Position numbers and translations under genes: made by a program. The notes under the pieces were generated by a model. The model saw nothing but the letters and a program-made list of their open reading frames with translations, was not told the DNA's origin and made no database searches. From Botryllus schlosseri (taxonomy: Eukaryota), in contig CM119371.1 of the NCBI GenBank assembly GCA_051294905.1, positions 14,448,001 to 14,512,000 on the forward strand: a stretch of 64,000 bases of DNA, in the 5' to 3' direction. This document shows positions 39,601-51,600 of the stretch, piece by piece. Positions within the stretch are counted from its first letter, which is position 1; the number at the start of each line of letters is the position of its first letter.

Positions 39601-42600
39601 TCTGTAAACGGACACCCAATGTAGATGAATAGTATCAGCAAATAGCGGATAGCCGAAGGAGGGTCTGGGGGCGAAGCCCCCCGGAAGTCTGGCTTATCAC
39701 CCGATGGGGGAACCCAAGACCAACGTTTTTTATGGTGGGTGGGGGGAGGCTGACGAATTGCTGTTACGGCCCTGGTAACGAATTAATTGTACCGACGGGA
39801 ATGCCCGAATATGTTTAATTAATAATTACGTGCCCTTTATTTACCCATACAACAGCTCACTCAGCGCTACTGGTAAATCTGATTACGTGGGCTGAGAGGA
39901 TAAAAAGTTTATAGCGACTTATATATGTAATTACCACCTATTACTTCATGCATTATAGAAAATTTTAGTACCTTAGGGCGACCAGGCCACACAAACTTTG
40001 CCTACCACCGAAATCACGCTACGGCGTTCTTGGGGGCGAAGCCTTCAGAAGTTTGGTTTATCACGCTATGGGTGCGCAAGGCAATCGTTTTTAGGGGGGT
40101 TGACGAAGTGCTGTTACGGCCCTCCCTCTTAGTCATTGTCTTTATTACATTCCTTACAATATGAGGTTGGGGGGCGCTGGAGCACGATAATTTTTGAAAG
40201 GGGGCGCTGGAGGAAAAAAGGTTAAGAACCACTGATTTAAAGTTTAAACATTAAAGACAATTACTAGCAACAAGTGTAGCAAATAGAAGATGAATCGGGG
40301 TTGCCCCATATTTTACATCGTTACGTTACGGATAGATGGGAAACACGTGACTGCATGGTTGGGCAACCAGGCGTGATGACTAGCAATTTCTCGTGGTAGA
40401 TATGGAAATCTTACCTTTCGACCCGAGCGCGAAAGTTACTAAAACTAGTGTTCAACGATAGCTACTGTTGCACTGATTCCGAACATATATATTATAATAG
40501 GAGCAGGGCGATGCACCTATTCCCGAAAACTGACCGTAAAGGCACAATATCGGCTTTGTTCAGAATGATCGGACTGTTGTAAAGCAATAGCTCCACTACA
40601 ACTCCTCCTCGCCACCTCATCCGCGCCAGCTGTGTCTTACAAAAGCCTAGAGGTGGGCCGTGCTATAAGTCGGCAGTTACGGAAAATAAGAAGAATATCG
40701 GCCTGGTGTAAATGACCATAGTAGTCGACAAACACCATGAATACCCGAAACAAACAAACAAAACCCCACATTAAAGATTGTTTTAACTGTTTCAGCCGTC
40801 GTGCTCTTCACAAACTCGGTTTCAGCATCCAGGGTGATGGTGGCTGCGCAAGAATTCGGCGACAAAGCGAAAGAGCTTTTGTGGATAGGCAGCGATGCCT
40901 GGACCAATGGGATTCCTACTGCAAGATCCAATTTTGATGACGGAATTCTACATGGTTCACCGCATTAACTGAGTGTCAAGATTAAATACGCTACGAAAAA
41001 CTTGTGTTTTAGGTGCGGTAGGATTTCAACCAGCAGCGACAGCCTTGGAAAGACTTGCACCATATTTCTTGAATTTGACTTTGAACAATTCAAGAAACCC
41101 CTGGTTTTCGGAGTATTTGGAGCACATAAACTTATGTACTATGGGTACGAAAACAATGGAGATCTATGCGCATAAAGTTTCACCTTCGATTAAGTATATC
41201 CAATGGTTGACATTTTTAGTGCTTGTATTATCTGCAATATCTGTTAATCGCGAAAGAAGTCAGTCACTCCTGCTAATACATACCAAAGACTTGGGTTCGA
41301 AACCCAAATGCAAATCAGCATTTATATGGGAAAATATCCAAAGAAAATAATTCCAGTTGTACGCCACATCCAATTCCATAGTGATTTCTATTTGCGAATG
41401 TTGCGGATTGATCATTGCTTCAAGCAAATGTCGCTTCCACTAACGTATTTGTTTGTTATTGAAGTTTTTGTCGACTACTACGGTCATAGACACCAGGCGA
41501 ATTGTATTCATTTTTATTCAGTAGCTGTAGACTTGTAGAACGGCCCACTTCTAGCCTTTATATAAGACACCGCTTACGCGGATGAGATGGCGAGGAGGAG
41601 CCTAGATAAACCTCCAACACGTAGGTCGGAATTCTGGAGTCGACCTCGGTCGGACTCGAACCATGGTGTTGCAGCTGCGGGTTATACCACTATGCTATCT
41701 CGCCACCCACTAACGCGTGTTGATTTGTGTTAGATGTTTTGGGTGCTGTGTTACAACTATGTTCATGTTCACGGCTTCCGCGGAGAGACAAAAGTATCGA
41801 AACCAAATGTCAAGCTTACTTGATAATATTATTCCTACATGCCTGTGTAACGTCAGCACTGTCACTCTCTATTAATATGTCACTACTAGACTCGAATCGC
41901 ATTCAAGTACTCGAATCATAATGCCACGCCGTAATTATAATGCGATCATATTTTGACAGTTTCATTGAACATTTCAACGTGATATCTGTGATTAGAATAA
42001 AATTATTTTGAACGCATTCTAAGGGACCAATGCCTCGAGGAGGAAATGCGATAACAACGAGAAAGTGAATCCTAGTGCATTTCACAACAATCCAAGGATG
42101 CAGGTAAGAAACGATCCGCGCACATTTAATGACCAGCGGTGTGTCATATAACGTTATGGCTTGGGGAGTGGGCATAGGGTACTTTTACAGCACTATGATA
42201 ATTGAGATTTTATTTGAACACCGCAGACGCATTCCAGTATTCAGTTTATTGTCATTCAATTTTATTTCGCAGAATGTTGGCGACTCGGTCTTGGCCATCG
42301 TACATGCACTGGATGAATATCATAGGACTGTATGCAATGGGAGAGTAGGAATGTGTCCCGCGATATCGATGCATAGTGGGACCAATCGCCTCGCCGCGAC
42401 GCTAATACCGATATTAAAAAAGATTAACTTTACGGGTAAGCTGATCACTTGATCAACTTGCCATGATCGAGCTCAAAGGATTTTTAATCATAGTAATATA
42501 GTTATTTCGGTCGCAGATGAGCGCTTCCCTGACTAACTGACTTATCTAACTTTCTTGCGATTTTGGATAAATCATCGTCTCAATCTAAGATCGGTTTGTA

Positions 42601-45600
42601 GACGTGGAAAATATTATCTTATATACCAGAGGTCGGGAACCTTTGGCTTGCGAACCATGTATAGCTCTTTTGCTGATAAAATATGGCTCTGATTAATTTC
42701 TAATTGGTCACATTGTTCCCATCATATTTATCAATATCGCCGCAAGTGTTTGATACATTTTCATAATGACAGATATCATTATTGTTGTGGTAGATGAGAC
42801 TTTATGAGGTCAAAACAGTGACGTATCGTGGGGAGGGGGTAGAAGCTCGTAAATTTAAAATCTTGAAATTTATGGCAAATATTGACTACCTACAATTGCT
42901 CATTAATATCAGTTCAATATCATAGATTTTGTGATAATGGCGGAAGTGGATTACATCAGACAAACCAAATCGGTCTATTATTTCGATACGAGAAGTACAC
43001 AGCGGCAGAAGCGAAGTTGCTGTCAATATCTTATTCAATATCATAATTCCCGGTATCCACTATTGTACGCCTTGAAATCTTGGATTCACTGAAAAAAAAA
43101 TTTACCTCGATTTACCGCGAAATGTCTGGAAGCAGGGTGGCCAGCCACTTGGCAGTAATATAACATTACCGTCACTCAATGTAAATTCAACTTACAACCG
43201 TCCGGTAATCTAACTTTACATGCCAGACTGTAATGTTACAGTCACCTCTGGTATATTCAATCTACATTCTCTTCTGTGTACATTTACCACCGAGACTGTA
43301 ATTTTACCGCCTTACCTACCTACCTACCTACCTACCTACAACCCTACGGGTGGAGATCATAAACTTTCCTCAACTTAAGTGCCTGCAGCAACTCAACTTA
43401 GTTGTGTCTGTTACTCGAACTCAACTTCGAGATCATAAAGTATCCTCACACTTAACTTAACTGAGTGGAGTTTAACACTCAAGCCGATATGTGAAAATCC
43501 AGAAACTGGTTGCCAGATTTATTTTTATCAGAATGACGTCATGATCCAAAGCCGTCGCTAAGTAACGAGCGTCTGTTCCGATTGTTATCGTCCGCAAAAC
43601 CTAAATATCGGCCATTCTGCGAATAATAATCAAAGAAATGGCTGCTTTAATTGAAGAAATTGAGATTCTGCAATCGGAATCGATTCCACGCAGGCGCCTC
43701 AGGGATACTAAGAATCCATTTGAGAAATATGATGACGGAGAATTTATAAAACGATATCGGTTTTATAAAAATGCCGTCATTGAGATATTCGATAATATAA
43801 AAGGGGACGAGGTTTTCCAAGCTAGGAGTCATGGCTTGCACCCTCTGCTTCAATTAACCATTGCATTGCGTTTTTTTGCTACGGGACACTTCCAAGTAAC
43901 CGATGGAGACCTTGCTGGCGTGTCTCGCCACACTGCACGAAGAAGTGTACACCGTGTGGCGTACGCAATATCAAAGCACAAAATTAGTTTTATGCATTCG
44001 ATGCATGATACTGCAACACTGAAATGTGAATTTTATAAGGTCAAGAAATTCCCAGGAGTTGTTGGAGCTATTGATTGCACTCACATCCCAATAGTCTCCC
44101 CCGGTGGAGATAACGCGGAGACGTTCCGCAATAGAAAGGGGTTCATGTCCCTGAATGTCCAAGTGGTGTGTAATGCGGACAGAAAAATTATGAATATTGT
44201 CGTGCGTTGGCCAGGCTCGTGCCACGACTCCCGAATCTTTAGAAACTCAAGACTGGCCGACGATTTCAACGACGGAAATATTGACGGAATTCTGTTAGGT
44301 GACAATGGCTACCCGTTATTAAAACACCTTCTAACTCCAATCATCAATCCGACCACTGAACAGGAGAAAAAATACAATCGCGCACACATTGCGACTCGAG
44401 CACGAATCGAGCAATGTTTTGGAGTTATGAAGCAAAGATTCCGTGCTCTCCGGATCCCGCTCAGAACTAAATTGCAGAGCAGCGTGGCGATAATAATATC
44501 AATTGCGTGCTTGCACAACGTGGCAGTTGCGTTAAAACAACCGATGCCCGAAGAAGATGACCTGGAGCCAAGTATTTACGATGTAAACATCGTAACTGCA
44601 CCGTCACAAAACGACACTTTGAGCCTTGCCTCGTCACTTTTCGCCCTATCTTTCATATTCATCCAGCGTTTTCTTAGACATTTTTGGCTCCTAATTGTCC
44701 CAAGGCCGCTGGAATTAAACTTCTCCGCGAGACTCTCCCACCCTCTATCTTTCGCGTTGGTCGAATATTTGTCTGTTTTTTTATTTTCAATCACGGGATT
44801 TTCTGCCACTAAATCCAACAACAACTTTTTTTCTTGAATAGAGAAATTGGGCTCCCTCTTCGCTGGAACATCACCCATTATTACAATTGTTAGATTATCG
44901 CTTGTAATTCTGTATTTGATAGTTTATAGTAATTTAGCCAGTTATAAATTAAATCAGTACAACAGTCATTAGGAAATTGATTTCGAGCCTGACCATCGCA
45001 CATCACTTCAGCACCTGTTTGCTTATATTTGCAGTCATCCGCAGTAGTTACTAGGCATTGCTAGGCATTAATCTAGACCATTGCGGTATGACTATTACAA
45101 TGCAGAGTAATCCCCGGCACATTACCTCAGAAGCCGTTTGCTTATGTTTTCAGTCGTCCGCTGCAACTCCCAGGTCATTGTTATGCATTACTATAGGTCA
45201 TTGTGGTATAACTATGCTGACGCCGTTGCTGCGTGACGAGAAATAGGGCCTCGGATGACTGACCAACTGTAACGCCGGAGCTCTCGAAGTAACATGTCGC
45301 GTACTTAAGTTAGCACTACACGTACCTTAAGTTTCGGACGTTTTTTGTGCCGTTAAAAACTCATTTTAGGTCTGAGGATACTTTATGATCCTCAATTGAG
45401 TAATACTCAGTACTCAAGCATGTGTTACTTGGCAACCGGAACTTAAGTATCCTCTATGATCTCCACCCTACATGCTGTCCTTGTAAATCAGATTACATGC
45501 CAGCTTGTAAATTCACGTCTCAGCCTACATCCATACCTATCCCAAAGCAACGCGATGCCAAAATACCGCAAAAGTTTCTTCACGCTCTCAAGACGACATT

Positions 45601-48600
45601 AGGACAACTGTATATTCATTCATGATTCAAGATGAAAAAGTATTGCTGCTGGAGGTGTAATTCTTGTTTAGGAGGCATGCAAATATAGCAGGAGTGGTCC
45701 CAAGAAAAGGTGAATAATTCCAACGCCGGATAAACTTCCAATTGTTTCTTTTTCTCGTCTTCATTCCTTCTGTGTGACTGGTATCTTGCAGTTCCACTAA
45801 AAATAATTCATGCGTAAGTCGCTATACTAAGCCAAGTTGCTAACCTAGACATGACTTATAAAGACTAAGACAAATAGGCTAACAAAAATATAACAAGTTT
45901 TGAAGTACCGGTACTGGTACATTGTGAGTTGACGACTCCTCATTTAACATGATATAGCAGAGATTCATGACTTAAATGATCAATGTATTGAAAGAAAAGG
46001 TGCCTCATTTGATGCGGCATGTGAGCCAAACATATCGAGCAGTGGATGAAAACATATCTAAGCTATGACCCGATAAATGTCAATAACAAGCTAACAGTTT
46101 CAACTACTCCGCGGCAGAGTATGTGGTGTCGCAGGTCATTATACAAGTCGACTAATATCCCAAAATAGAACTGAGAATGGGGCGACTGAAATATTTAAAT
46201 CATGAAACCAAAGTCATCCGGGTGGTGTTGCACAGTCGTAGATATTCACGGTAACTAATACTATACAGTAGGCTACTGTACCTTTTACGATGCGCATCCC
46301 ATTCATCAGTCCTGACAATCTTCAACGAAAGTCTCTACTTTCTTCAATCACAAGTCACAAGCTTCGCACCGCCAGCCTTTGCATGCCCAAAGCTCAATAT
46401 TAATGGCCGACCAGTCGGCTACTCGGCTCGACACGCAGACGACTTTGAAATAAGTGATATTCATCCGCTCACATATGCCACCAATAATATTTACTATCCA
46501 CGTTATAATGTTCAATCCAGGTTGGTTTTTCATACAGAAACATATATCAACACCTATAGTCCCTTTCTTTTGCATCTAATTTCGTATATATTGATATTTG
46601 TTGCTCCACGTGTGGTTCCCTACTTACTTACCTAACCGGACGCTATTTGTGATGTCACAGTTGACTGTTGGTTGTTTACTACGAATCTCAGAATAACCTG
46701 CAACGCGCAACCTAAGGTAACCTATTATAGGTCGCCGTGTCCGCCATTAAGAAATGGTCAACTGAGCCTGCTGCCGTGCTGATATTTCTAGTTTCAGGAA
46801 TAAGATGATATATCTTAAACTGATTTTTGTAACTCATTAGCCCTATCTGTTACAACAAATCTAACCGCCGAGACCGACCGTGTAGCCATAGCCTTATAAT
46901 ATAATGTATATGGTGTAACTACGTTGTCAGCTGCTTCTTGCACCCAACTATGCACTATACCGAAATTGGTACTAGGGTCAACCAGTTCCGTGTGACCTAA
47001 TCCTGTCTCGCGAACGAGGTTGAATCAGGTCAAATCGCAACGAGAATGATATCACAGTGACATGCACTTCCACGTATCCACTGGTTGCTGGGGCTTGGAA
47101 GCTAATCAATTTTGCCAATAGCTTGGTAAAATGCCGTAGCGAGTAACTTTCAGTAACCTTGCGAAGAAATTCTGGTAACTTGACTTAGCAGCTAAATTAA
47201 TGTAATATTACATATCAAAATGTAAAATGACAAACTACACGCTGCTATTGGCTGCGACCGGTAATTCGTTGTAAAATTTACAGAAATTTCTTTGTAAATC
47301 TACCAGATTTTTTGTGTGTACAATGTGTTGATTGATCAGAAAGAAAAGCATACATCGCGAGGAATGTATGAGTAGGCTACGACTAGCTAACCTAAATGGC
47401 TCGACGCTCAACTGTCGTAATTGTGATGCTTAGGTCATACTCTGGCTTATTGGTTTTGCTTTTGAATCTGCCTAACTCAATTTGGTGTGACGATATCTTG
47501 TAAACAGGCACCCGAAACGTTTCCGAATTTAATAAATGTTTTACCACGATGGATGTTGTAATGAATATTTTCGTTTTTCATTATGTTGCAAGGTCAATCG
47601 TCGGACGACCGGCCGATTAGTCCGGTCGAAAGAGTAGCAATCACGTTTATATTTCAAAATAAATTTGTTATTCATGTGAACAGATGCGTCCGGACGACTC
47701 GTGTCTTTCGACGCGAATCAGGATGGAATAACAAACTATCACATTTTCAACTACGACGCTAACAAAGAAATGTATGACGGTTCAGTTATAGGAAAATGGA
47801 AATTAGTCGGAGAGTACACGAACAAAGGTGACAATTTAACGGAATTTTGTTTTCCAGTAACTACCGACCACCCACATACCATTTTGACGAGTTATAGCCT
47901 CCTACACCAATAAATGCTTCTTAGATAAGGAATTGCGGGCCGAATAGTCCTGTGTTCGCCTTACAGGAATACGATTGAAGGAGAAGTTGATTGAAAAGGT
48001 GTATAATACAGAATCCGTATGCAGCAAACCGTGCAGCTTTGGACAGGCTGTTGTTGTTCAAACACAGGTATGTTGCATATAGTGCTGTGCGTTGCATTAA
48101 ATATCTCAACATATCAAACCATACATGGATTAGCTCAATAGCAGGGTTCACCAACACGTGACACGGGGAATCATATGTTGCGGCCCGCGAGTTGATGTGA
48201 GATTTCGGAACAATGCTTAGCAAAGCATTTTAAAATTCTGAAATTGATTTCAGTTTCAAAACATTGTAGTTGTTGTTCAAAACAAGCTGTTATCCTGTGC
48301 CCAACATCACTGTTCCTCTCTAGTTTAAATGGTTTTGGCGATGGCAACATCATTCAATCGAGGGAGAATAAGCTGATATGAATGGGCAATGGGCATATTG
48401 CCTTTAAGTGCAATGACCCAGACACTGCCAGGACCGAGACGCTTAGAAAACGGCTCAGCGCTTTCTCATAAGATCACGCTATACAAGTATAGATATTCTT
48501 TCAGTTAGTACCGCATCTCGCTAACCCCGATATCGATTCCTTAGTCGCTGAGATAGTGCACAGCTCATAGTCCAAAAGTGATCACCATGATACTTTCTGC

Positions 48601-51600
48601 TGTATTTGTATTTCCTAAATAAAATATTACCTCTTTTGTGGTAACTATACCAATCGCCAATGTTGGAGAGCAAAGCGTTGTACTGACGTAACGTTTTAAA
48701 AACGTGGTTGCTAAAAGATGTGGCCTATTTTCTCTCGATATTGAATTCTCGCACCTCACGGCCTCTGCTAAGTTTGAATAGTGGCATGTGAGCCGTTTTC
48801 ACTTCAAGGCGACCCCTGCTCTATACTATACTTTACTCGCTTGTTTTCGTTCAGTGTTGCTGGCATTGCGAGCAATGTGCCGAGAACGAATTCGTGTCTG
48901 GCAACGGAACAGCTTGCACTCCGTGTCCGCCAGGTCAAAAACCCAACGCGGAGAAAACATACTGCGAACATCTCATGATCAAGTATGCTCATCACATACT
49001 TTGCGTACATTAGGAAATACAGGGGTGGTAAATGTGTTATTACCCGTGTTCACAGACATAGGCAACCCATTGATGCAACCGCAACATCATTGGGTTACGG
49101 GTTCGAGTCCGACCGAGGTCGACTCCAGAATTACTGCCTAAGTGTTGGAGGTTTATCTAGGCTCCTTCTCGGCACGTGATTCGCGTAAGCGTTGTCTTGT
49201 AAAAAGCCTAGAAGTGGGCCGTGCTACAAATCAATAATACGGAATAAAAAATAAAGAGTATCAGCTTGGTGTAAAATGACTAATGTATAGTCGAAACACC
49301 ATGAATAACAAACAAACAGACATAGGCGTGACCCGGATGAAAATCTAGGAGGGGAAATTGAATATTAACGTAGTAGGGAAGAATTTGCTTCGTCGTGATA
49401 TCACAGATATCTTGTGACGGTGTGCACCTATATATATATGGCGTCAAATATGAAATTCACAAAATGGATATCGTGGTGTTGAGCAACAATATAATATGTA
49501 TAACCTTGGGGCACCATATATGGTGATGACGTCTAGCATGTGTTCGAGTTCACTCTCTCGGCGTTAAGGCCTGTGGTATAGATGTGCATGTGCGCGTGCA
49601 TAGTGTGTTCTATCTGGATCGATCACATCGTATTCCATGCAATTTAAAGAATATATCAATAATATATATCCAAGTGATTGCACTTACGTCTCGGATGAAT
49701 AGCAATATACCGAACTGAAATGATACGACAACGAACAAAATCAAAGATTGGGTCTTGGCTGGAAGGGTCATGAGTGGCGATGTCAGGTCAGGTATCCAAA
49801 TTCTACATTCCGCTACTTTTCTTCTCAGAGAGATTTCGTATGCATCTGAATATGGCATTGCATGCACGTGCGTGAGTCTCGTCGGACTGCTTCTTACTTC
49901 GATTGTGACCGCGATATATGTTCTTCACCGAAAAACGCCGATTGTCAAAGCTTCAGGCAATGTAAGTATATTACAAATAGACAGGGTGGTAATGACTTGA
50001 ATCGCAAGTTTCCGTTGACTCGACTTGACTCAGTCATTTTCTTAAAAATTGAAAATGAAACAACTCGACTCGAGTCAATTTGTGCATTGTCTTGACTTGG
50101 ACTCGGGCTTGACTCGATGGTGAATTGTAAATGACTCGATCTGACTCGAGTAAAAACTGTTGAAGTCAAATTGACTTGTGACTCAAACCTTGTGACTTGG
50201 TTATTACATGCAAATTGAATACACGACCTATACGTGCTTTAGTTGTTACAGTGCTTGTCGCTGATAAAAATCCTTTCCAACATGGTTTGCATCATAAATG
50301 GGCTGGGCAAATTCGGGTATAAATTTGATTCTGCGAAAAGTAGATTTGATGGAGGGTACCGTACGTTTCGCTATTCATGTGGAGTGATCCTTTCGAAATT
50401 TTACGGTGCATCTTTGCTACTAAGGTAAAATGACTTATTTCGCTACAAAGATACGTGATTTTCGAAAATAAATTCAGTTATTGTAATACGGGATCCATTT
50501 AGCACGGTTGTTTCGGCCATTTCACTCGTAAAAACATGTCCAAAAACGTGGTGAGATAGCGTAGTGGTATAATCCACAGCAGCAACATCAATGGGTTGTA
50601 GGTTCGAGTCCGACCGAGGTCGGCTCCATGATTCCTATACTCAAGTGTTGGAGGTTTATCCATAGGCTGCGAATTTAAAATTTCCATGTCCTAATCCAAT
50701 CCAAATCGGAAGCTTCAACTACTAATTCTAATCCTGATCCAGAATATTTTTATATTTCAATCCTAATAGATCCTAATCCGCTTCAAACTTAGAATTCCAC
50801 TCAAACAGCCTACATCTTATGCCTAGAATTCTAGCGAAAGAAATAAAACGCTGAATAAGTGCCAAAGTACATGAGGTAACTTTGGTAGGACGTAAAACTT
50901 TGTCGCCGTTCGCCACAGGACAAACATCAATCTCCCCGAGAATCAGTAAATCCAATCCTAATCTTAATCCATTGAAGAAAAAATCTCCAATCCGAATCCA
51001 ATCCAAATCTGTCAAAATTACACAAATCCTGTTTTCCCAAATCATAATGCTAATCCATGCTGAGCTCTGCTAGGCTCCTCCTCGCCATCTCATCCGTCTA
51101 AGTAAGTGTAAGAGGTGCCTTATAAAAGCTTAGAAGTGGGCCGTGCTACAAGTCGGCAGCTACGAAATAAGAATGAAGAAACTTGGCCTGGTATAAATGA
51201 CCATAGCAGCCGACAAACAACATGAATACCAGAAACAAACAAACGAACATGTTCAAACACCTCGTTGCAAAATCCAAATTTTGAAAATTAAGTAGTTTTG
51301 CTTGGAAAACTGTTTGTCGAACTAAAAGTAGACAGAACCAATTAAGTCGCAAAGATATACTCGAGTACTCCGGAAACGTTGAGGTGCTTCGTTATTGACC
51401 AGTGACCACCTCTTACAAAACGTGCTATTTCGTTTCAGGAGCTTTGCTTCGTTATTCTTTTCGGACTGGCGGTTACTTTTCTGAACTTTGTCGCTATGGC
51501 TGCCCCTCCGGCAATCGGTTCGTGTGTTGCATCAAGGGCAATCCTCAGCATATGGCCAACGATAATTTACGCTGGTCTGCTGACGAAGACGATACGAATT

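Larger units (their letters stand above)
43348..45468 (+). mobile_element. PIF/Harbinger DNA transposon, 2121 bp
   Basis: 14-bp perfect TIR GGGTGGAGATCATA; 3-bp TSD TAC (43345-47, 45469-71); subterminal inverted GATCATAAAGTATCCTCA; convergent transposase and Myb/SANT ORFs. Confidence 0.95.
43087..47318. mobile_element. Putative non-autonomous CMC/EnSpm-like element hosting the Harbinger
   Basis: CACTGAAAAAAAAA left end and TTTTTTGTGTG right end with TTACC/TTACA-rich subterminal motifs; flanks TT and TA do not match perfectly. Confidence 0.4.

Noticed and set aside
47925..47966. Upstream acceptor that would add a TAG to exon 15
   Set aside because: A better polypyrimidine acceptor at 47966 keeps the frame open.
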